NCBI GenBank assembly: GCA_024704765.1
Contig: JAKMXF010000297.1
Coordinates: 124,001-188,000, forward strand
Direction: 5' to 3'
Origin: Oopsacas minuta
Taxonomy: Eukaryota; Animalia; Porifera
Length of the DNA stretch: 64,000 nucleotides
Shown one piece after another: positions 33,841-43,471 of the stretch. Below the pieces are notes generated by a model, which made no database searches, was not told the origin of the DNA, and saw only the letters and a program-made list of their open reading frames with translations. The stretch's first letter is position 1. Each line of letters begins with the position of its first letter. Made by a program: the position numbers and the translations under genes.

Positions 33841-36093
33841 ATGTTAAGTATGAATAGTGAGACAAATACACGGGCTAACGATTCCACGAAGGATTCTAAC
33901 AACACAGCTCCACAATCTAATAACTCTACAAAAAGTACACCTGTTACAAGACATAACTCTAATAATTCTACAATTAAATATGATAAAGTTAAAGAGGAAC
34001 CATTGGTCCTTATAAATCCTACTCTCGCATATTACCTCTCTCTCATCTGTGTTACTGCTTGCTCAATTGTAACTAGATTCTATAGGATAGATCTGCCATC
34101 ACATGTAGCATGGGATGAAACACATTTCGGGAAACATGCCAACCATTACATAAACGGTAATTTTTTTTTTGATTTGCATCCTCCTCTCGGTAAAATGTTA
34201 ATCGCTCTAGTGGGGTATATAACAGGTTATCAAGGTACATTTTCATTCAAAGAGCCAGGTCTCACATATGAGGATGACTTCTACATTCCTATTCGTATGT
34301 TCTGTGCTTCATTAGGCAGCCTATTAATCCCAATGGTATTTGAGACTGTATGGACTCTAACCACCTCTCTATCTGCTGCGTTAATGGCTAGCTTCCTAGT
34401 TATATTCGATACAGGTACTCTAACATTGTCACAGTATATTCTACTAGATACTCCACTGTTATTCTGCATAATGTCATCTGTCTTATCTGTCACAAAACTT
34501 CACTCTTTATTCCATTCCTCGCCTGGACTCCGTTGGTATTTATGGATGACTATGACTGGTATTTCTATTGCCTGTGCGTTCGGAGTTAAGTGGGTCGGAG
34601 CTTTCACTGTAGTATACGTGGGCCTTATAACAATTAAAGAACTATGGGATCTTATAGGAGATAAGAGGGTTAGTATGATAGAGATATTCGCACACTTTTT
34701 GATTCGAGTTATCTTGTTAATAATTGTACCTATTGTTGTGTATTCGAGCTTCTTTGCTATACATTTTATACTACTCAACAGGTCGGGGGAAGGAGATGGA
34801 TTTTTCAGCTCAAGATTCCAAACTACCTTAATAGGCAATCCTCTACACGACTTAACTGTAGCTAAGTATGTAGCATATGGTTCTAACATTACACTCAAGA
34901 ATAGTAGGCCAGCTGGGGGGTTGTTACACTCACATCCACACTTATATCCAGAAGAGGTGGGGCCTCAACAGCAGCAGATCACCACATACACATTCAAAGA
35001 TGATAACAATTTGTTTCAGGTAAAACCGTATGAGGTAGATTGGCCACCAGACGAAGATCCTGTCATAGTGAAGAGTGGTGATGTCATCCGACTTGAACAT
35101 TTAGGTACCAGACGGAATCTACACAGTCACACGGAACCTGCTCCTATTACAAAGGCTCACTACCAAGTAACAGGATATGGAGAGGATGGGAGTGGAGATT
35201 CTAATGATATATGGATAGTAGAAGTAGTAGGGGAAGATGTAGGAGAACCTGTACAAGCTCTAGCTAGCACAATTAAACTATATCATTATAACATTAAATG
35301 TGCACTACATTCACATAACCTACAGCTACCGAAATGGGGCTGGGAACAGCTGGAAGTTACCTGCAATCCGTCTATATTTGATACCGGAAACTATTGGAAT
35401 GTTGAGTATAACTTTAATGATAAAATGGAGACTATTCAAGCTCACACACAGCAACCCTCATTTATATCAAAACTGCTAGAATCACAGTGGGTAATGGGTG
35501 TTAATAATAACAACTTAAAACCTAAGGAAGGGGAGATCACCTCCCACCCCTTTCACTGGCCTTTTAATTACATGGGGCAACACTTCTCAGCTGGTAATCA
35601 TAGAGTCTATTTGCTTGGAAATCCAATTATATTCTGGGTAAATCTCACACTCATATTTTATTACTTATTCGCATTACTACTGTATTTGTGTGCAATGCAG
35701 AGAGATTTGAATTTACCATCTGAATTAATTGAACTCTGTAATAAGTACATGTCTGCTGGATTTACTCTGCTAGTGGGTTGGGGATTACACTACCTCCCTT
35801 TCTATCTCATGGGGCGTGTCCTTTATTTCCATCACTACTTCCCTGCTCTAATGTTCTCAAGCATGTTATCAGCTACAGCACTTGACTTCACTTTCAAAAT
35901 TTTATCAAAGCCATTAGTTGGTGAACACAATTATTATCTCTTCCTAGGTTTTCTAACCAGTAGCTTAATAGCTGTATTGGGGTATAGCTTCTTTCTATTT
36001 ATGCCTCTTTCCTATGGTATGGGAGCCCTGAAGAGCTCTGAACCAGACAGTCTAATGTACGGACTAAGATGGTTAGACTCATGGGATATTTGA
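33841..36093 (+). CDS. POMT2: Protein O-mannosyltransferase 2
   Basis: WDETHFGKH...FFFDLHPPLGKMLI (POMT2-type DE motif), MIR domains LLHSHPHLYP and RRNLHSH, VLYFHHYFPA. Confidence 0.93.
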   Translation: MLSMNSETNTRANDSTKDSNNTAPQSNNSTKSTPVTRHNSNNSTIKYDKVKEEPLVLINPTLAYYLSLICVTACSIVTRFYRIDLPSHVAWDETHFGKHANHYINGNFFFDLHPPLGKMLIALVGYITGYQGTFSFKEPGLTYEDDFYIPIRMFCASLGSLLIPMVFETVWTLTTSLSAALMASFLVIFDTGTLTLSQYILLDTPLLFCIMSSVLSVTKLHSLFHSSPGLRWYLWMTMTGISIACAFGVKWVGAFTVVYVGLITIKELWDLIGDKRVSMIEIFAHFLIRVILLIIVPIVVYSSFFAIHFILLNRSGEGDGFFSSRFQTTLIGNPLHDLTVAKYVAYGSNITLKNSRPAGGLLHSHPHLYPEEVGPQQQQITTYTFKDDNNLFQVKPYEVDWPPDEDPVIVKSGDVIRLEHLGTRRNLHSHTEPAPITKAHYQVTGYGEDGSGDSNDIWIVEVVGEDVGEPVQALASTIKLYHYNIKCALHSHNLQLPKWGWEQLEVTCNPSIFDTGNYWNVEYNFNDKMETIQAHTQQPSFISKLLESQWVMGVNNNNLKPKEGEITSHPFHWPFNYMGQHFSAGNHRVYLLGNPIIFWVNLTLIFYYLFALLLYLCAMQRDLNLPSELIELCNKYMSAGFTLLVGWGLHYLPFYLMGRVLYFHHYFPALMFSSMLSATALDFTFKILSKPLVGEHNYYLFLGFLTSSLIAVLGYSFFLFMPLSYGMGALKSSEPDSLMYGLRWLDSWDI

Positions 36094-36382
36094 TCTCATT
36101 ATTTCACACACACACACTTATGTTTGTTTATTATTAGAAATTTTATTTGTAGATAAATTAAATAGCGATTCTTCAATACATTTTTATTTCATGCTTTTTA
36201 TTAAGGTAAAATTAATTATTGCTAGGAGAGTCAAGAAGGAAACTGTAATATTACATTATCTGTATTACCTCTCCGACATTATACGTCATAACTATTATAA
36301 TATGCTCTAAATGAAGTGCGTAGAGTATCATTTTCTTTTGACAAAAATCTTAATTAGTTATTATTCCAGTTCTCACTCAGTA

Positions 36383-37453
36383 ATGGCAACAGATAGTCAG
36401 AGCAGCCTTGACACTCGTGAAGTAACAACTTCTATAAGTCAGGTGCAGTTCAGCCAAGCAGAAGCAGAGGTCTACGACAGACAGATCCGTCTCTGGGGGG
36501 TTGAAGCTCAGAAGAGACTCAGGTCCGCTAGAGTCCTGGTATCTGGGGTGTGCGGGTTAGGTGCAGAAATTATAAAGAATCTAGTTCTAGCTGGAGTGAA
36601 GAGTGTTACCATTCTTGATCATGAGTCATATGATCCCGAATCAGTATCAGGTGCTGGGTTCCTGCTATACCATGGAGAGACAGGAGAGAACATAGCTAAA
36701 GTAGCAGTCACTAGATGTCAAGAACTGAATCCAATGGTTAGTGTAGAAGCACAACAAGACAGATTAGACACGAAATCTAACGAATTCTTCTCTCAGTTTG
36801 ATATTGTTTGTGTTACAAATGCAAATAAATCTGAGCTAATTCGAGTGAATCAGATATGTAGAAGTTTAAATGTGAAGTTCTTGTGTGGAGATACTTTTGG
36901 ATTCTACGGGTTTATGGCTTCAGACTTGCTGAATCATAGTTACAACGAAGAGGTATTGAAAGTTAAGGCTGATACGAGTTTGGGAAATGAGAGGAAACGA
37001 AGGAAAATGGAAAATGAGAAATTTGTGGAAATCCACGAAGAACAATTCACACCTATATCAAATATTTTCAATCACAGCTGGGAGCACCTAACTAACAAAC
37101 AAATTCTTAGACTAAATTACTCAGTTTTCATTCTACTGGCTCTCATAGAATTCAAAGAGCAGAAAAACCGCGGACCTAAATACGAAACACTTGAATCAGA
37201 CTCTACAGAACTAGATGAGATTGCTACTCAGTTAGAGAAGAAGCACAATTTAGTTCGAGAGGGAAAACAAAAGTTCATTCCTCGCGGATTAGCGAAATAT
37301 ACTCCAATGGATCTAAGTCCTATCTGCGCTATATTGGGTGGAGTCATTGCTCAGGAAGTGATTAAGGGATTGTCGGGGAAAGATCAACCTCTCAATAATT
37401 TATTTGTGTACAATGGTATTGACAGTAATGCTATTGTAGAGAAGATCAGTTAA
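36383..37453 (+). CDS. SAE1: SUMO-activating enzyme subunit 1 (Aos1)
   Basis: YDRQIRLWGVEAQKRL, GLGAEIIKNLVLAGVKSVT, PICAILGGVIAQEVIK; likely ATG 36383 behind a ttccag/ctcag acceptor. Confidence 0.92.
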   Translation: MATDSQSSLDTREVTTSISQVQFSQAEAEVYDRQIRLWGVEAQKRLRSARVLVSGVCGLGAEIIKNLVLAGVKSVTILDHESYDPESVSGAGFLLYHGETGENIAKVAVTRCQELNPMVSVEAQQDRLDTKSNEFFSQFDIVCVTNANKSELIRVNQICRSLNVKFLCGDTFGFYGFMASDLLNHSYNEEVLKVKADTSLGNERKRRKMENEKFVEIHEEQFTPISNIFNHSWEHLTNKQILRLNYSVFILLALIEFKEQKNRGPKYETLESDSTELDEIATQLEKKHNLVREGKQKFIPRGLAKYTPMDLSPICAILGGVIAQEVIKGLSGKDQPLNNLFVYNGIDSNAIVEKIS

Positions 37454-37667
37454 AAACTGATGTATATTTGACTAGAGGATGGTAACCGCTCAAAATTGAA
37501 GTATTAAATAAGTCTAACACCTTTCAATCAAATATGTTCCAAATGTGAATACTATCTTTACTTAATTACAGGTGGAGACTGTTTTAATATTTATTCTTAA
37601 TTGGATTTTAATTTAATTAGCTAACAGAAAATTTCAAAGCTAGGGTACAGGGCTAGAAACTTTGGTA

Positions 37668-37769
37668 CAGTGGAACCTGTATATCTGACACCTGTATAAT
37701 TCAACAGGGTTTATCGTCCGAGTGAGCTTTTTCCTGTCCCGACAAGTGTCGGATTATCAGGTTCCACTG
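37668..37769. mobile_element. 102-bp pogo/Tc1-mariner-type MITE
   Basis: 24-bp imperfect TIR cagtggaacctg...gacac; TA at 37666-37667 and 37770-37771. Confidence 0.85.
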
Positions 37770-38097
37770 TATATTTAATAGTTTCGATATTTCAATATCA
37801 GAATGTGTTTTAGAATTCGAGTTAAAAGTTTTCTGCGTAAAGTTTAGTTACTGTTTGTTTGTCCACTTCGTACTATAATGATAGGGGAAGATGATCTGTG
37901 TATATAATATAGAGAATAACATATCCTTCTGTTGACGATTTAGGAGAAGTAAACACTATCATTGAGGGTAATCAAGTATGTTAATTCCAATTTTCACACT
38001 TTCGAATTAATCATAGTAAATTTATTTGTTGTTTTTATTAATATAAGTTTACAAATAGTTGAATTCTCGAAATATACTTAAGAGACTTGCTCTTCCG

Positions 38098-38259
38098 GCT
38101 ACAATTGGATAAAGAGTATGCTGAATCCGAATAGTAATGTATTAATTCAATTTTGCAATTTTATACTTTGCTAAGTTCGAGGCACGAAGTGCCGAGTCCC
38201 ATGCGAACACAAAGTGTTCGCAAGCCGCACAGCGCGAGCAAGCGAAGCGGCTCGTTCTA
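38098..38259 (+). mobile_element. Helitron-like repeat end with a cluster of GC-rich hairpins
   Basis: ggcac-gaa-gtgcc, gcgaacac-aaa-gtgttcgc, cgagc...gctcg then ttctaa|t; related to the inverted copy at 41997. Confidence 0.5.
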
Positions 38260-38607
38260 ATTTATCTTTGGTTTCTGGAAAGTGTATCTAACTGTTTTTA
38301 GAAGAATATTGTATAACAATATGATGTCAGCGTGAATAATATTTAACCCAATTACATAAGGAATATATTTTCTTTTTATCTATTTATACTTTCGAGCCTA
38401 TAATTATAGCACAATGTACAGTGTATAATGTTGTAATTTTACCTTTAAATACGTTTTTTCTTGATTACTCAAAATAATTTTTGCTTGACCTGGCACTATA
38501 ATATATTAGACAACTTCCAAGGTATTTACGGTAGAAACTAAAATTTTACCAAAAACCTATAATTTCTATTACGTAAATAATCGTGAACTTCTTACCCCTA
38601 GAATAAC

Positions 38608-40656
38608 ATGCATCATCGCTCGTATCAATCTATCCTCCCCACACACAATAAACTCTTGCAGAAGCGCTGGGATGACACTTATTATGATGAACATCGTCGC
38701 CGTGTCAAGACAGCAAGTCCAATGGTGTCTACAACCGCCCCCAAACAACACCCTCACATCGTGAATAAACTCAAGAAGCAGCAACGTGAGCAAGAGAGAT
38801 ACTTGGAAGTACAGCGGGACAATGAGACACTAATGGGCCACATGTCTGCTATTATGGATAAAGGAAGTGGTGTGGATCATCGTAACAAATATATACACGG
38901 GAGCTTGAATTATGGCAAGCGAGTTGATGAATCGCAACGTATTGAACAGGAGAACAAAAAAATGCTGACACGGATCAAGTCACGGCCTGCTAACTACAGC
39001 GTATCTGAGTGGTTGAGTGATCGTCTTGAGAATGAGAGACTACTCAGTATGATCACTACTCACCCTCCTAACCAGCAAACAAAATCTGCTCGTCTCTATG
39101 TCAGAGATAGAAAGGAACAATCTCAGCCATCCCTGTTTCCTTTACAAGAAGAAAATGGTTCATTAGAAACTTTTGATCCTTCTGTTACTGATACTATCGA
39201 GTCTTTAAAGAGAGAATTAGAGGTTGCTAAAGTTAAACTTGACAAAAGTAATATTGTAAAAGCTGATATTTCAGAGGTGAAATCATTCTCAAGTCCTCCA
39301 AACCTTGTTAAATTAGTGATGGAGGCTTATGCCATTCTATATGGGAAGACAGGAAATAATCTTTGGAGTCAAAGTAAAAAGCTTATAGCACAGGCTCCAG
39401 AGGGTATTGGCATCAATAATATACTTTTACCAACTTTGAAGAAATTGAAATTCTATATTGAAAATCCGAATATTGCACCAGATGAATTGAAGAAAGTATC
39501 TGCAAGCATTGTATCAATTTGGAATTGGATAGTGAGTGTATATAACTATGGAATTATAGCACATAAGTATTGGATAAGAGCTGAAGAGAAAGGAATAATA
39601 CGATCAGAAACATTGGTGATTAGTCCATATAATGCAATGGTTGATAAGCCTTCTCCTGTTAAAGAGAAAACAGAAAAAACTATACATCCTATAGAAATTT
39701 CCGCTACTGACACTTTAGATTCTTTAGAGAAAGAATTAGATGTTGCTAAGGCTAAATTAGCTAAGTGTAATATTTCGAAATATGATATAACAACGTTGAA
39801 GTCATTCTCAAGACCTCCAGCCCTTGTTAAATTAGTACTAGAGGCCTATGCCATTCTATTCGGGAAGACAGGAGATAATCTTTGGTTTCAAGGTATCAAA
39901 TCACTTACCCAGCATAATCCAGACGCTATTGACATTGATAACATGCCTCTACCCATTTTGAACAAATTGAAATGCTACATAGAAAATCCTGATACTACAC
40001 CAGAAGCATTGAAGAAAATATCTTTATGTATTGTATCATTATGGAATTGGATTGAATGTATGTATAATTATGGAATTCTAGCACATAAGTATTGGATAAG
40101 AGCTAAAGAGAAAGGAATAATACGACCAGAAAAATTCATTATTCAAAACGATGCGATTCCTGCTAAGCCTTCTCCTGTGAAAGATAAGACAGTAAAATCT
40201 GTATATCCACTAGAAATAAGTGCTACTGATACTATCGAGTCTTTAGAGAAAGAATTAGCTGTTGCTAAGGCTAAATTAGGTCAGTGTGATGTTAACAAGA
40301 ACGATATAACCGAAGTGAAGTCATACTCAAATCCTCCAGTGCTTGTTAAATTTGTAGTAGAGGCTTATTCTGTTCTACTCGGGAACAGAGGAGATAAACT
40401 ATATCACCAAGGGATGAAATCACTTGCAGCTGTTCTTCCAGAGGTGATAGTTAATGTTGATAATATATCTCTACCAGTTTTGGAGAGATTGAAGTTCTAC
40501 ATTGAAGATCCGAACATAAACCATCAGAGATTAAAGTGTGTTTCCGCTTGCATGTGCTCACTATGGGAATGGATTGAGCATGTATATCACTATGCTGCTA
40601 TAGGTAATAAATTGGATCAACTGCACACAGCAAAATATTCAAAAGATAATTATTAA
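38608..40656 (+). CDS. CFAP97D/Hemingway-like N-terminal domain fused to three dynein microtubule-binding (stalk-tip) domains
   Basis: N-terminal MHHRSYQSILPTHNKLLQKRWD...HRRRVKTASPMV...RDNETL matches the CFAP97D2/KIAA1430 family; repeats ADISEVKSFSSPPNLVKLVMEAYAIL...LWSQSKKL...YIENP...WNWI match axonemal dynein MTBD. Confidence 0.85.
   Translation: MHHRSYQSILPTHNKLLQKRWDDTYYDEHRRRVKTASPMVSTTAPKQHPHIVNKLKKQQREQERYLEVQRDNETLMGHMSAIMDKGSGVDHRNKYIHGSLNYGKRVDESQRIEQENKKMLTRIKSRPANYSVSEWLSDRLENERLLSMITTHPPNQQTKSARLYVRDRKEQSQPSLFPLQEENGSLETFDPSVTDTIESLKRELEVAKVKLDKSNIVKADISEVKSFSSPPNLVKLVMEAYAILYGKTGNNLWSQSKKLIAQAPEGIGINNILLPTLKKLKFYIENPNIAPDELKKVSASIVSIWNWIVSVYNYGIIAHKYWIRAEEKGIIRSETLVISPYNAMVDKPSPVKEKTEKTIHPIEISATDTLDSLEKELDVAKAKLAKCNISKYDITTLKSFSRPPALVKLVLEAYAILFGKTGDNLWFQGIKSLTQHNPDAIDIDNMPLPILNKLKCYIENPDTTPEALKKISLCIVSLWNWIECMYNYGILAHKYWIRAKEKGIIRPEKFIIQNDAIPAKPSPVKDKTVKSVYPLEISATDTIESLEKELAVAKAKLGQCDVNKNDITEVKSYSNPPVLVKFVVEAYSVLLGNRGDKLYHQGMKSLAAVLPEVIVNVDNISLPVLERLKFYIEDPNINHQRLKCVSACMCSLWEWIEHVYHYAAIGNKLDQLHTAKYSKDNY
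39181..40656 (+). repeat. Intragenic tandem triplication with exact 519-nt (173-aa) period
   Basis: S[V/A]TDT[I/L][E/D]SL starts at 39181, 39700 and 40219; third unit ends shortly after the MTBD. Confidence 0.92.
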
Positions 40657-41071
40657 TAATTATCTCTCCAAACTAACATGTTCACAGTCTCCAACCCGAT
40701 CTTCTTATTTTTGTTATTTATTATTATTTATCCCGAACAAACACATTATTTATTTTTATATTCTCTAATCGTATATCACATTCTTTACCTCTAATTTACA
40801 TATTTGAAGATTTATAAGGGAATGGGAATACAGATAACTGTTTGGACGGGACGGATGTTAATCTGAAAAACATATGTATCACAGCTAAGCATTTCCCTGA
40901 ATAGCACTTTTTCGTACAAATGACAAGACACTGGTGTAGAACATGCAGCTGTTAACAACGAAGTTCATATGGCAGTCATGCAGCATAAATTATATAATAT
41001 CAACATATAATTACAGAGAATGTCTAAATCAGCTAATAATACATAATATAGAATAAAAATTATTTAAATTT

Positions 41072-41806
41072 CTATTCCGATTTATTCTTGGCCTCATATT
41101 CTACCCTGATATTGTAACTTCCCCATTTTGACCTCCTAAAAATCACTCCTAACGAGTGAAGGCAAATACATAGAATAGCACATCCTGTAAAGAATAGAGA
41201 TATCTGAATATTGTTCAGCTTCCGCAAGAAAGAATATGGCCACACCCCACTTTGATAGCTAGCCCACGGTAGCCATGCAGTGTAGCATAAAATGAGAGTT
41301 AAGTTACTTAATCTCTCCCATTTCAAAGTTTGAGGAACTGTACAGGGAAAAATCAATAATTCAGTCAGTGCTAAAACAGCACAAATACTATGTAGGGTAT
41401 GGTTCACCCACCATGGATAAATTTCGTCATAGAATTTAGGGAAAATGAGTTCTCTGTTGATAGAATAGAGAAGCCAAAAAATTGCTGTTACAGCAAAAGA
41501 CATGGGTAGAATTATTGAATTGAAAAAGAATTTTGTTACAGATCGCATCCTGTCAAACTTAATGAGAAATGCTATACAAACGGCTGAGAAGTATGTCCTC
41601 TGAATAATTAAGTTCCAATGAGTCAAGTATTTGTAACGACCTCCATAAGACGAATATCCAACCTCATTGAGATACCACTCCCCTTTAGGCAGTTCGCCGA
41701 TTGCAATATACAAATTGTCCAAATAGATAGTGAGTGCCCAATAATACGCGGCAATTATTGTATAGAATACACGGCCAGCCAGCCAACCTTCTGCTTGTGC
41801 ATTCAT
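41072..41806 (-). CDS. Androgen-induced gene 1 / ADTRP family FAHFA hydrolase
   Basis: GGRYKYLTHWNLIIQ (catalytic Thr) and NHTLH (catalytic His), multiple TM helices. Confidence 0.88.
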   Translation of the reverse strand: MNAQAEGWLAGRVFYTIIAAYYWALTIYLDNLYIAIGELPKGEWYLNEVGYSSYGGRYKYLTHWNLIIQRTYFSAVCIAFLIKFDRMRSVTKFFFNSIILPMSFAVTAIFWLLYSINRELIFPKFYDEIYPWWVNHTLHSICAVLALTELLIFPCTVPQTLKWERLSNLTLILCYTAWLPWASYQSGVWPYSFLRKLNNIQISLFFTGCAILCICLHSLGVIFRRSKWGSYNIRVEYEAKNKSE

Positions 41807-41884
41807 TCTCAGGCCAGAAGCTAATTGTGATAAATTACTGAAATTTAGGAAAAATGTTATAAAATTAAGATTTTTCTTATGAGA

Positions 41885-41983
41885 AATATCAGTATAATAT
41901 CAGTATAATATCAGTATAATATCAGTATAATATCAGTATAATATCAGTATAATATCAGTATAATATCAGTATAATATCAGTAT
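41885..41983. repeat. Perfect 11-bp minisatellite x9 (aatatcagtat)
   Basis: Nine identical copies, 99 bp. Confidence 0.97.
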
Positions 41984-41996
41984 AATTGTGGAATTA

Positions 41997-42325
41997 ATAG
42001 AATACGAGCCTTTGGCTCGTCGCTTCGCGATGAACTCGGCGCATTGCGCCTCGAGGTGGGCAAACAACAATTGAGATTTAATATTGATGTTGTTTACAAT
42101 ATTCACACTCAGCATACTCGATTATCCAAGTATAGTCATTGAAAGTATGATTCTACCTCAATTTTGAAATTTGTTTGCTTTATGTACCTAAAAGTAAACA
42201 AATATTCATAACATGTTGTTTACAATACCATATTCGGACTCAGTATACTCGATTACCATAGGAAAGTGGTGAAAGCATGTTTCTACAACAATTTTGAAAT
42301 TTGTTTACTTTATGTTCATAAAAAC
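41997..42325 (-). mobile_element. Helitron-like repeat end, inverted relative of the 38098 copy, with an internal two-unit tandem duplication
   Basis: Hairpins acgagcc-ttt-ggctcgt and ggcgc-att-gcgcc; reverse complement shares ttggataa..gagtatgctga and tcgaggc...gccgagt with 38098-38259; atgttgtttacaata...caattttgaaatttgttt occurs twice. Confidence 0.5.
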
Positions 42326-42457
42326 AACAATAAATTTACATATGAGAAACTTGAAATTACAATAATGAATAATGCTATATTCTACCAATGACTAGATTGT
42401 AATGTTATACATATCTTATTAATTAGGCCTTATTTGTTTCAAATTAGCAGAAACAGA

Positions 42458-43244
42458 ATGACTCATGATCTCCATGCTAAAATATTGATAACAGGAGACG
42501 CTAGTGTAGGAAAGACTTCCCTCATCAATAGATTCATTGATGATAAGTTTAATGATGATCACGTGTACACGATGGGAGTAGACTTCTCACGAGCAGAATG
42601 CAGAGTATCTGGACAGAATGTACTAATAGAAATGAGGGATACAGCTGGTCAGGAGAGGTTTAAAGCTATCACTAGTGCTATGTACAGAGGAACTAATGGA
42701 TTAGTAGTTGTGTATGATATTACAGATGAGGAGAGTTTTGAAAATGTGGCCTATTGGCTTAAAATTGCACAAGAATCAGCTGTTGATGGTACGGATTGTA
42801 CATAATGTAATATACGTAAATAATTATATTTATAATTTATATTTAGACCTCCCTATAATAATAATCGGTAATAAGTTAGACAAGAATGAAGATAGAAAAG
42901 TACCAAGAGAGAGAGGACAAGTTCTTGCTATAAACGAGGGTACACAGTTTATGGAAGTATCTGCTAAGAATAATGATGGTGTACATGCTTGTTTCATGCA
43001 ACTCATCAAAAAGATAATAATGATGCAGAACAACTGTTCCGGAAAAAGTGATAGGAGTCCAACTATTAGACTAGAAGCCACAGCCTCTAGAATATATTCT
43101 CAAATTTATGATAGTGAGTCAGTGAGCTTAGAAAGTAGTCAGGGTTTACGTAGATCTAGACTATACACTATATCTGAATCTGGCATCGAAGAACCAGTTG
43201 CAGTTGCAATGCACAGTTCACCGATGGCAGATCTATGTTGTTAA
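42458..43244 (+). CDS. Atypical Rab GTPase; exons 42458-42788 and 42847-43244
   Basis: 58-nt GT-AG phase-1 intron (42789-42846) joins two track ORFs; GDASVGKTS, TMGVDF, DTAGQERF, NKLD, EVSAK, C-terminal CC. Confidence 0.88.
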
Positions 43245-43471
43245 TAACTGTTGTAGAAATTATTAATGCATGACTACATACATGTTGTAAATAATGGAAT
43301 CTATTTATGATAAATTATAGTAATTCTAGGGGGCGGATCCAGGAGGCTGAAACCCCCTATTTACATACGTTTATGAAGGAGGATAAATTATGAGTAAATA
43401 TATATAAATTCCTAGACAAAGACAATAAATAATCAGAGGTAACCAAACTTACAAAACTTTCCTCATACAGC

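Noticed and set aside
38608-40656. Interpretation as a dynein heavy-chain pseudogene
   Set aside because: No AAA or linker sequence nearby, intact 682-codon frame, three diverged in-frame copies and an unrelated conserved N-terminal domain
39181-40656. Repeats or GC hairpins as a CRISPR-like array
   Set aside because: Repeats are coding units without spacers; eukaryotic context, no cas genes
43326-43360. aggggcggatccagg motif (and a related one at about 56585-56600), resembling a hAT-type MITE end
   Set aside because: Only isolated half-ends; no partner TIR or target duplication found
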